In this document: piece by piece, positions 8,580 to 16,367 of the stretch | Numbering within the stretch: the first letter of the stretch is position 1 | How the letters are laid out: the number at the start of each line of letters is the position of its first letter | Origin: Paramicrosporidium saccamoebae KSL3 | Lineage: Eukaryota > Fungi > Cryptomycota | Reading direction: 5' to 3' | Assembly (NCBI GenBank): GCA_002794465.1 | Contig: MTSL01000095.1 | Location: 4,345-36,344 of the forward strand | Length of the DNA: 32,000 nucleotides | Program-made: the position numbers and the translations under genes | The notes under the pieces: generated by a model | Seen by the model: the letters and a program-made list of their open reading frames with translations, nothing else | What the model was told of the DNA's origin: nothing | Database searches by the model: none

Positions 8580-10271
8580 ATGCAGGCGGGGAGGAGATTG
8601 GAGAGGGTGATTCTGCATTTGGACATGGACTGTTTCTACTGTCAGGTGGAACAGGTGCGTCTGGGCCTCTCCCCCGCCGTCCCGCTTGCTATCCAACAAT
8701 GGCAGAATGTCATTGCTGTTAATTATGCAGCTCGGGCCGCTGGCGTCACCCGACACGCCTCCTTCCACGCCTGTCTTGCGGCGTGTCCAAGCCTCAAGCT
8801 GGTTCATGTGCCGACGTTCCGAATGGGCGGCGGGATGGTGGTGTATGGAGAGGGGATTAATGAGCCCAGTCGAAGGGAACACAAGGCCAGTCTTCAGCCA
8901 TACCGCGAGGCAAGTGGAAAAGTGTTCCAGGTCATGCGCGACACAGTAGCCGCATATGGGGCACCAATGGTTCTGGAAAAGGCAAGCGTCGATGAAGTTT
9001 TCCTTGATGTCACGGATGTTGTGGACATGATTTTGGGACGCGATCACGGCTTTGTTATCCAGCGAGGCCGTCTCCTCACCGAAGGGGCCATCGAGGCCAT
9101 CGAATGGGAAAAGCACGGCAAGCCCGCTGTTCCAGATGATCCGGATGCAGTTGATGGGATCACTGATCTACGCATCGCGATTGGCTGTCAGATTGCCCAA
9201 AGGGTGCGAGAAGCAGTGTACACGGAGCTTCAGTACACTGTATCGGCTGGGATCGCCGTCAATAAGACATTGGCCAAGTTGGCCTCTGCCCGCCACAAGC
9301 CGAACCAACAGACCTATGTGCGTCCATCTCATATTGATGCGTGGATGCGGATTGTCCCATTCACAAAGATTCGTTTTTTGGGTGGGAAGATGGGCAAATT
9401 ACTGCTCAAAACGTTTGATCAGCGGGAAGGGAATGAAGCCGAAGAGGAAGGGGAGCATTCAGCTGATGAAGACGAATCTCCCCTGGCTGCCGCTGCGACA
9501 GTTATGGCAGCTGATATGCAGTCACTTTCTCTTGAAGAGCTCACCCGGAAGTTGGGTGATGCCGAGTCGGCTCGCTGGGTTTACGGCGTCATTCGTGGAC
9601 ATGATCATTCCCCCGTCGCCCCGCGTTTGCAATCCAAGACGTTCATGTCTGCCAAAGCCCTTAGTCCTTCCGTCAAGGAATGGCAGACATTGAACGATTG
9701 GATGCTCGTGCTCGTTTCAGAGATTGTTGGGCGTCTCCACGAGGAACAACAGCTAAATAAGCGATGGCCACAGACAACCACTATCCATTACTGTAAGCCC
9801 AAGGAAAAGTCAAAAGGCAAGGCTGTCGATTTTCCCTACGAGCCCGGCCCAATTGAGATGGACCGGTTTACAGAATTTTGTATGGCCCTCATGGTGGCCG
9901 AGCGTGACGTCTTTCCCTGCAGCTGGGTGGCGCTTTCCGTGTCAAAATTTAGACCCATTACCGAGGGTACCAAGCGGAACCTGACCATGGACTCTTTTGT
10001 CACCAAAAGGAATCTGGAAACAGACTCTTTCGCCACCAAGGGCCCTTTAACAGTAGATACATTAGCCAAGGACCCTGCCTTAAAGCCATCAGCCAAGAAG
10101 AGGAAGAATTTGACCAGCTACTTTTCAAAGCAGACAGAGGACGTAGAAGGCTATCGGTGCAGCAAGTGTTCAAAATCTTTTAAAAGTCATGATTTGGAGA
10201 GTATCCAGGAACACGAGGATTACCATTTTGCTTTAGATTTACAAAAATCCATTGATTTGGAGAATACATGA
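8580..10271 (+). CDS. RAD30: Y-family DNA polymerase eta
   Basis: HLDMDCFYCQVE, IAVNYAAR, YREAS, ASVDEVFLD, NKTLAKLAS..HKPNQQT; C-terminal PIP-like NLTSYF and UBZ zinc finger CSKC...HEDYH. First ATG is 8580 (track start 8574 is TTG). Confidence 0.95.
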   Translation: MQAGRRLERVILHLDMDCFYCQVEQVRLGLSPAVPLAIQQWQNVIAVNYAARAAGVTRHASFHACLAACPSLKLVHVPTFRMGGGMVVYGEGINEPSRREHKASLQPYREASGKVFQVMRDTVAAYGAPMVLEKASVDEVFLDVTDVVDMILGRDHGFVIQRGRLLTEGAIEAIEWEKHGKPAVPDDPDAVDGITDLRIAIGCQIAQRVREAVYTELQYTVSAGIAVNKTLAKLASARHKPNQQTYVRPSHIDAWMRIVPFTKIRFLGGKMGKLLLKTFDQREGNEAEEEGEHSADEDESPLAAAATVMAADMQSLSLEELTRKLGDAESARWVYGVIRGHDHSPVAPRLQSKTFMSAKALSPSVKEWQTLNDWMLVLVSEIVGRLHEEQQLNKRWPQTTTIHYCKPKEKSKGKAVDFPYEPGPIEMDRFTEFCMALMVAERDVFPCSWVALSVSKFRPITEGTKRNLTMDSFVTKRNLETDSFATKGPLTVDTLAKDPALKPSAKKRKNLTSYFSKQTEDVEGYRCSKCSKSFKSHDLESIQEHEDYHFALDLQKSIDLENT

Positions 10272-10557
10272 TACAATCATATAGCAGCAGGTCCACTGGT
10301 GTCCTCTATTGTGTCCCAGGGGAAATTTTATGTAGTGTATAGTTGGTGGGTCTAAGAAATTTACTAGTCTCGGCTGCTTGATGGCGTTCGTGTTACACAG
10401 CATTCACTTTTCATTGGCGAGCCCGACTCAAATAAGCGGTCCCCCAAGCCGTTCTTGTCGTACTCAAATGGCTGCCTATAAAGAGGAGCCACATGCTTTA
10501 ATAAAAACAAGCACGTTCTTCAACGGTGTCTGTCTAATAACCATCCAAGACCACTAC

Positions 10558-10563
10558 AAAAAA
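10558..10563 (-). terminator. RNA polymerase III oligo-T terminator
   Basis: T6 run on the minus strand 2 nt after the tRNA-Asp discriminator; no T run in the 6-nt spacer between the two tRNAs. Confidence 0.8.
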
Positions 10564-10565
10564 GT

Positions 10566-10637
10566 CTCCCCGTCGGAGAATCGAACTCCGGTCTCATGCG
10601 TGACAGGCATGTGTACTAGCCACTATACGAACGGGGA
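10566..10637 (-). tRNA. tRNA-Asp(GTC), no intron, CCA not encoded
   Basis: Reverse complement: acceptor TCCCCGT/ACGGGGA plus discriminator G; anticodon arm CATGC-CTGTCAC-GCATG; T arm CGGAG-TTCGATT-CTCCG. Confidence 0.97.
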
Positions 10638-10643
10638 TAACAT

Positions 10644-10717
10644 CGCTCCCGGGTGGGCTCGAACCACCAACCTTACGATTAACAGTCGTACGCGCTAACC
10701 GGTTGCGCCACGGAAGC
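10644..10717 (-). tRNA. tRNA-Asn(GTT), no intron, CCA not encoded
   Basis: Reverse complement: acceptor GCTTCCG/CGGGAGC plus G; anticodon arm TACGA-CTGTTAA-TCGTA; T loop TTCGAGC. Confidence 0.97.
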
Positions 10718-11020
10718 CTGAATAAGGAGGGAAATTTTATTTAAAGTAGTATACGGAAATTCAAAAAACAGAAATTTTGATGCTACGTATTCGTAAGATT
10801 TGTTACATGGTAAGCAGCATCCGCTTATGACTGGCAGCCCAATCCAGATGGCGATCCTTGATCCCGTTTATCGTCTTGAAGATGGCGGCCTATAAAGGCG
10901 CCGAATACTAATAGGATTACCTGCTATTCAAGAGATTCTTTATTCCTGATTTGTAGTGTACTTTCTTTCAACTGAAGTAAAAGCTACAAACAAGCTCTGG
11001 CCCAACTTTAATTCGAAACG

Positions 11021-11214
11021 CTATGCTGTGAATAGATCCGAGAACAGTTGTGCCGGTTTCAGAGGCAATTCTGGATCATCAAGAGACAGGTCCGTTTGAA
11101 AAGTAGTACCGGAATTGCCATTTTGAATCGCAGTAGCAAAGAGTGCCAGCTTACGTGTATACACTGAGGGGTTGCCTGGGTTAGCATCACTGATACAGCC
11201 GTGCGATGTGCCAT
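11021..11214 (-). pseudogene. Internally deleted relic of the hydrolase family (copy 4)
   Basis: Family upstream element, then ATG GCA CAT CGC (MAHR), then in a shifted frame DANPGNPSVYTRKLALFATAIQNGNSGTTFQTDLSLDDPELPLKPAQLFSDLFTA*, which matches the copy 3 C-terminus KADPENLSLITRELLLFATAIRNNDPDIMFQMDQPPDDPELPLKMAQLFPGLFIA*. Confidence 0.88.
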
Positions 11215-11394
11215 GCTGACTTTCTACGCCCCCGGCTTTCTAACTGGTCCAGAGTCGTTTATTGGGCCAGTCAACCTGGACTATGTAAAAAATGCGATCG
11301 GTACATGTGAGGGAGCATGGTGGCACAGGTCTCTGTAAATACTAAATTCCACAGAGGATGAATGCTTTTTCATCACTCGTCTCTAATTGTGTGG

Positions 11395-11448
11395 TATGAA
11401 ATTACTATATATTTGCTTGGTATTCTACTTGAAGGGTCAGACGCCTGA
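11395..11448 (+). pseudogene. 3' remnant of small ORF B
   Basis: ITIYLLGILLEGS.. aligns with the end of ORF B (21583-21816) IAMHFLNALLEGVL*. A 4-nt deletion removes the original stop; downstream non-coding DNA also aligns with 21520-21582. Confidence 0.6.
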
Positions 11449-11579
11449 TGCCTGTGTGTAGGTAGTTAGTCAGCCCATACAGCCAAAGCCAGTTCCAGTG
11501 GGGCATTGATTTACTCGACCAGGTCCTGGCGCGCCCTGGGCTAAAATTCCAGTGGCATTGAGTGTTTCACTGGTCAAGT

Positions 11580-11861
11580 ATGAAAATTCCAATAATGACA
11601 CTCTTGCTGGCAGCTCTGTTAGCTCTCACACATGCTACTCATATTAATAACGAGCAGATTCGCTCGTTTTACATTCTAAGAGGTGAGCCACCATCTTTTT
11701 TTGAAGCTATGATTAATCTTGTCGATCCTGAAACCGGCCTCCTTATGGCCCTTGGCATTTGGGTTATTATTATCAACAATATACTTGACATCATGGAACT
11801 GATGTACTCTGGAGTCGAGGACGCCCCAATGGGTGGTTTAGTCCATGCCGAGGAACAATAG
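11580..11861 (+). CDS. Small signal-peptide plus TM protein, family A (copy A1, 93 aa)
   Basis: ATG at 11580: MKIPIMTLLLAALLALTHA (signal-like) then hydrophobic GLLMALGIWVIII. Homologous in protein and upstream DNA to 21239-21460. Confidence 0.75.
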   Translation: MKIPIMTLLLAALLALTHATHINNEQIRSFYILRGEPPSFFEAMINLVDPETGLLMALGIWVIIINNILDIMELMYSGVEDAPMGGLVHAEEQ

Positions 11862-12362
11862 AACAAATGAGTAATCTAGAAAGCCATCTCACAATCGAGG
11901 CTCGGCGAACCGAGGAGCGGTCTATAAAAAATACCGCATACTTTAGTAACTAGCCTCACCATTAAGCAATAGCTTTTATCGATGAGTCTGAGCCATCATA
12001 TACCATGCTATAAGGGTGTTTATCAATGAGTGGTGCTTTGAGCCCTAGTTGCCTAGAAATTATGCATTTTCGGTCACACCCCTCCTCTTGCCGTCAGAGT
12101 TAAAGCTGCGGGTTCAGATAGCTATTCTACAAGTCAGATCCGCCTGATTAAGAATAGTTGCCTAGAGATACGCTATATCGTTTACTAAATCAAGTTTTCC
12201 ATTCAACTAACAAAATTTGGTGACTGCCTTGATCCGAGCGTCTTAATATTCTATTGATCTTCCCAGCAACCATGCTATTCTTGGCACAAGACCCACTTTG
12301 ATCAGATGCGTAGTAAATACTGATACAAAACGAATAGGCATCTCTTGGCGACCCCGGCAAGA

Positions 12363-12599
12363 ATGAAGTTTGGACTAATTACTCCCACCCTCCTGGTCTT
12401 AACTTGCCTCGCCAGTTTTGTATTTGCATCCGAAACACTAGAAGGTGGAAAATCTGGAGATTTCTCCCAGCCTTTGTCGAAGATGCCCTGGAATACTATT
12501 CAGATGCCAGATGCACAATCACTCAGGGGTTTCTTGGGGTTTATAGTCGGTGTTGTGGGTTTCTACCTACTTGAAGTTTTTGTGGGAATGCACAAATAA
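12363..12599 (+). CDS. Small signal-peptide plus C-terminal TM protein (78 aa)
   Basis: ATG at 12363: MKFGLITPTLLVLTCLASFVFA then GFLGFIVGVVGFYLLEVFV; AATAAA overlaps the stop. Same architecture as ORF B; sequence homology not demonstrable by eye. Confidence 0.6.
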   Translation: MKFGLITPTLLVLTCLASFVFASETLEGGKSGDFSQPLSKMPWNTIQMPDAQSLRGFLGFIVGVVGFYLLEVFVGMHK

Positions 12600-12777
12600 A
12601 TAATCGAACTTTGTACACTTTATCAAGCCAAAAGCAATGCTTTAGACTGAGTAGTCCTCATTTCACGGATACTTTATTTTAGTATTCGAATGCCTCGAGC
12701 TTGGCTGCGCGCTCGGTGGCGAGTTGCCCCTTTATTGCTAGCACTCAGTTAAAGGAAAAACTGCCAATTAACAATTC

Positions 12778-14020
12778 ATGAATAGGATATGTAAAAGATG
12801 GTTTTCGGCTGGCCGGACCTTTGACCTCAATCTTGTCTCGCCAAATGGTCAGATACTCAATGGTGTGTATCAATGCAATGTAGATGGAAAAACATTCCCA
12901 AGCAACGGACTGGAGCTGGAATTCCTGGGCACAAGTAGCGCCCAAAGCACCCTGACCCGGAACGTATCATCTGTTGCCCTCAAATTCGGTATCCACCTGC
13001 GTTGTTATTAACGACGTCAGGCGGAGGTGTATTCCTATTTGATTGTGGAGAGGGCACGGTGCGACAAATGCTACGAGGGACGGTCAACCCGCTGGATGTA
13101 CGGGCACTATTTATAACACATTTGCACGGAGACCATTGCTATGGCGTACCGGGACTGGGTATGACCATGTTGGGATTGGAAAAGGGAAAGGAACGACCGC
13201 TACTGTTTGCACCCAAAGGCTTGGAAGAATGTTATCAAGGTCCAATGGGACTGCGTGGCTTCCAAACACGACCGATCCTCAAACCCAATAATCGTGGTTC
13301 GATACCCGAAAATGTACACTACTACTGGATCTCATGTATAGGCCATCCACTTTGATCATGTAAAGAAATGCTATAATGTATATGAAGACCAGCGGTTCAT
13401 TGTGAGGGCGGTGCCTATAAAACACACCGTCTTTTGCTTGGGCTATGTGATTGAGGAAAAGCCGAGACGGGGAAATTATAACATGGAAAAGGTACATGCG
13501 GCAGGTCTCTCACCGGGCGTCATTTTGGGCGAATTGAGTGCCAAAGGATCGCTCATCCTTGATGGTCGGGAAATTACGGCAGAATCCCTGATGGATCCGC
13601 CGAAACCGCCGCGGAAGATTGTGATCCTGGGCGACACATGCGATCCATCAGCGATTGCGCCGATTGCAATGGATGCAGACGTGTTGGTTCATGAGGCCAC
13701 CAATTTGGATGAGGAACGTACCGTCGCCTTTACATATATGCACAGCACGGCAGGCATGGCCGGGGCCTTTGCAAAGAGGATCAACGCCAAGAATCTAATA
13801 CTGACACACTTTAGTCCGCGGAATATGCGCGGAAATGAATACGACGAATGTGTCCATGTGCGCACCTTGGTGGAGCAAGCGAGACGGGCTTTTGGAAAGC
13901 CAAACGTTTTCCCCGCCCACGTATCCCAAGGATCATGCTAATGTTTAGGATTTCTGGAGGTTTCCTCTGCATTTGATGGGAAGAGACAGGACTGACCGGG
14001 CCATTCCGATTGTTGAATAG
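12778..14020 (+). CDS. ELAC1: Short-form tRNase Z (ELAC1/RNase Z-S type); join 12778-12988, 13021-13313, 13342-13920, 13949-14020
   Basis: LEFLGTSS..RN, LFDCGEG, ITHLHGDH, GP-type flexible arm, LGDT, HEAT, HST, LTHFSPR. Three introns join three track ORFs in frame and restore the terminal AHD motif. Confidence 0.9.
12989..13020 (+). other. Spliceosomal intron, 32 nt
   Basis: GTATCC...TTAAC..CAG; removal joins VALKF to GGGVFLFDCGEG. Confidence 0.85.
13314..13341 (+). other. Spliceosomal intron, 28 nt
   Basis: GTACAC...TAG; removal links the HLHGDH frame to the RAVPIKH frame. Confidence 0.75.
13921..13948 (+). other. Spliceosomal intron, 28 nt
   Basis: GTATCC...GCTAAT...TAG; removal gives PAH-DFWRFPL, restoring the AxD end motif of RNase Z. 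Confidence 0.8.
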
Positions 14021-14035
14021 ACATTAAATGTTGGG

Positions 14036-14261
14036 TGTAAAGATGAATACATTTCCAGGATGTAAAAATAGATTCATTTTTCAAGGTGTAAGGACAAGTC
14101 CCCTTTCAAGGTGTAAAGACAAATTCCCTTTCGAGGTGTAAAGACAAACCCATTTTCAGGATGTAAAAATAGATTCACTTTCAAAGTGAAAGAACAAGTC
14201 CCCTTTCAAGGTGTAAAGACAAACCCATTTTCAGGATGTAAAAATAAATTCATTTTCAAAG
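14036..14261. repeat. Minisatellite, 9 x ~25 bp, consensus near TGTAAAGACAAAYYCMTTTYCAAGG
   Basis: Unit starts at 14036, 14061, 14087, 14112, 14137, 14162, 14187, 14212, 14237; variant units recur in order. Confidence 0.9.
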
Positions 14262-14448
14262 TCCGCGACAATGCTTGCAGGACGAATTGGACCAACGAGC
14301 TCCAGTCTGTCGACCCGTCTGACGTCGAGCATTGCATGTGCTTTGCCTCTCAATCGGTTTCCTAACTGCATGCCGCCCGTGACGTTGGCTAGACACGACA
14401 TTTTTGCATATGACCAGGACAGCAATGGTCCGCATGACCACGTCTCCC

Positions 14449-15157
14449 ATGCTCCCGCGACCAAAATTGCCAGCTATCTGTCTGCGGGCCGTAAGAGCAC
14501 TCTTTTGAGTTATCCTGGACAACAGCGTCGCTGGGCGAGCAAGTTTACAGTCACTGACAGTAGAGACGCCCTGTACGCGTCGCCTGATATTACTGCGGTT
14601 CAGCGCAATAATACAGACGGAGAGACGAACCGCGCCTTTTCGTACTTTATGGTGGGAGCTACGGGAGTTTTGGGAGCAATGGGAGCCAAATCGACAGTGC
14701 TCAACTTTCTCACCAGCTGGTCAGCCTCCTCAGAGGCCCTTGCCATGGCACAGGTGGAGGTGGACCTGTCCAACATCCCGGAGGGTAAGAGCGTTGTGAT
14801 CAAGTGGCGTGGCAAGCCAATATTCATCCGTCATCGCACGTCGGGAGAGGTGGAGGAGGCTGCGGGTGTGAGCATGGCCGAACTGCGGGACCCACAAAGT
14901 GACGCAGATCGCACTCAGAAGCCCGAATGGATCGTCATGTTGGGCATCTGCACCCATCTCGGTTGTGTTCCTCTGGCGAACAGTGGTGACTACAATGGTT
15001 GGTATTGTCCCTGTCAGTACCCTCCTTTCTTTACAATTGACCTTGTAGCGGATCGCATTATGACATTAGCGGCCGGATTAGGAAGGGTCCTGCTCCATCC
15101 AATTTGGAAATTCCGACCTACAAGTTCCATGGTGAAGACCGTATTGTCATTGGATAG
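14449..15157 (+). CDS. RIP1: Cytochrome bc1 Rieske Fe-S subunit; preferred model join 14449-14490, 14526-15016, 15049-15157 (213 aa)
   Basis: [24 protein letters not shown]|HGSHYD (across the intron), GPAPSNL. The 5' exon gives the presequence-like [19 protein letters not shown]; the unspliced start at 14271 is an alternative. Confidence 0.92.
14491..14525 (+). other. Probable spliceosomal intron, 35 nt
   Basis: GTAAGA...AACAG; removal gives a typical-length Rieske precursor with a basic presequence. No clear branch site. Confidence 0.55.
15017..15048 (+). other. Spliceosomal intron, 32 nt
   Basis: GTACCC...TTGAC..TAG; removal restores the invariant CPCHGSHYD box. Confidence 0.95.
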
Positions 15158-15409
15158 AGGTCGATTGAGAATAAATAGTGTGTGGTTGGGGTGGTGTGAT
15201 TAGGTGAGTGTGAGTGGGTGAGTGTGTACATGTAGGAGCGAGAGAGCATTTAAAGATGAAATGCCAAGTTAGCAAGTCGAATGGCCAACTAATCGACTAA
15301 ATATCTATTACTTTGACCGGGATATATATGGTAGTGCTGACATTTGCCTTGGTCCTCCAAACACTATAATAGACGAACCAAAAACCAAAGCCATCCTTTC
15401 GTACTGAAA

Positions 15410-16330
15410 ATGTCGCTTCCGTTGGATATGGTGGAGAATTTACCAGACGTGCATACTCTTTTTGCAGTATACAATGGAAAATACTTTGAGAATGTGTTGG
15501 GTGCCACAACGCTCGAATGGAGTAACCGGATGACGCTGTGTGCGGGTCTGTGCTATCTTCGACGTATGGGAACTGCGCGATACTGTGTGATTCGACTGAG
15601 TCGACCATTATTGCAATATCGTCCTTATAGTGACACCATCTCGACGCTGCTGCATGAAATGTTGCATGCCTATCTTTGGGTAAAGGGGATGGGGGGCAAT
15701 GGATTGGATAGGGATGGCCATGGACCCGAGTTTTTACGTCATGCCGCCCGAATCAACAAAGCGGAAGGCAGCGCCATCAGCGTCTTTCACACATTCCATG
15801 AGGCGGTACAGGAGGCACGGAAGCATGTGTGGAAGTGCAATGGACCATGTGTCCATCGAGCACCATATTACGGGATAGTACAACGGGCCATGAACCGTCC
15901 CCCTCAACCTGCCGATCGTTGGTGGCGGGAGCATCAAAAAAGTTGCGGTGGAAGCTTTGTCAAGATTGCTGGTCCGGAGAGTAAAAAACGCACAACGAAA
16001 GCATTGGACTATTGGAGTCGGCTGGGAAAAGGTAATTTGGCACGGGATGATGTGGGAGGGTACCAATGTCCCTCTTGCCGCGATCATATGGCTGCGGATC
16101 TCGCCAGCCTCAAAACTCATCTCAACCTATGTAACCGCAAACAGTGTCCCGTCTGTGGTGTATTTCAAGCCATGAATCTTCTCGATGATCACATTGACGC
16201 TTGTCTCGGCGAAACAAACACTACTCTGAGTGCGTTGTCTATAGAGACTATATCATCCACCGATACTAATGGACAATCCCCAAATAATAGTTGCTCTAAC
16301 CCTACCCCTTACATAATAGATCTCACATAA
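15410..16330 (+). CDS. SPRTN: Spartan/SprT-family DNA-dependent metalloprotease
   Basis: EWSNRMTLCAGLC, LLHEMLHAYL (HExxH), GHGPEF, zinc-binding domain WKCNGPC...WWREHQKSCGGSFVKI, two C-terminal CxxC..H..C fingers, terminal IIDLT. First ATG is 15410. Confidence 0.9.
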   Translation: MSLPLDMVENLPDVHTLFAVYNGKYFENVLGATTLEWSNRMTLCAGLCYLRRMGTARYCVIRLSRPLLQYRPYSDTISTLLHEMLHAYLWVKGMGGNGLDRDGHGPEFLRHAARINKAEGSAISVFHTFHEAVQEARKHVWKCNGPCVHRAPYYGIVQRAMNRPPQPADRWWREHQKSCGGSFVKIAGPESKKRTTKALDYWSRLGKGNLARDDVGGYQCPSCRDHMAADLASLKTHLNLCNRKQCPVCGVFQAMNLLDDHIDACLGETNTTLSALSIETISSTDTNGQSPNNSCSNPTPYIIDLT

Positions 16331-16367
16331 TTTTACTTCCCCCCCCCCATCACACATACAACTTTAT

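Noticed and set aside
10378-10698. 106-aa ORF
   Set aside because: Starts at TTG, runs antisense through both tRNA genes, and has no motifs.
10835-10870. Possible family A remnant (tggcgatccttgat)
   Set aside because: Only a ~13-nt match to A3 that does not extend; may be chance.
11176-11196. Intron-like GTATCAGTGATGCTAACCCAG in the relic
   Set aside because: 21 nt (3n), so it would not restore the hydrolase frame; GCTAACCCA is explained by homology to the coding GCCGACCCA of copy 3.
11021-12200. Cassette as a transposable element
   Set aside because: No transposase, terminal inverted repeats or target-site duplications seen; segmental duplication is simpler.
14036-14261. CRISPR array
   Set aside because: Units are contiguous with no unique spacers, there are no cas genes, and the context is eukaryotic.
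15158-15203. Track C-terminus of the Rieske ORF (QYPPFF...WCD)
   Set aside because: Artefact of the retained 32-nt intron; splicing restores CPCHGSHYD and a stop at 15157.
16339-16348. C10 run between convergent SPRTN and CCA1
   Set aside because: Simple homopolymer in a 37-nt gap; no functional evidence.
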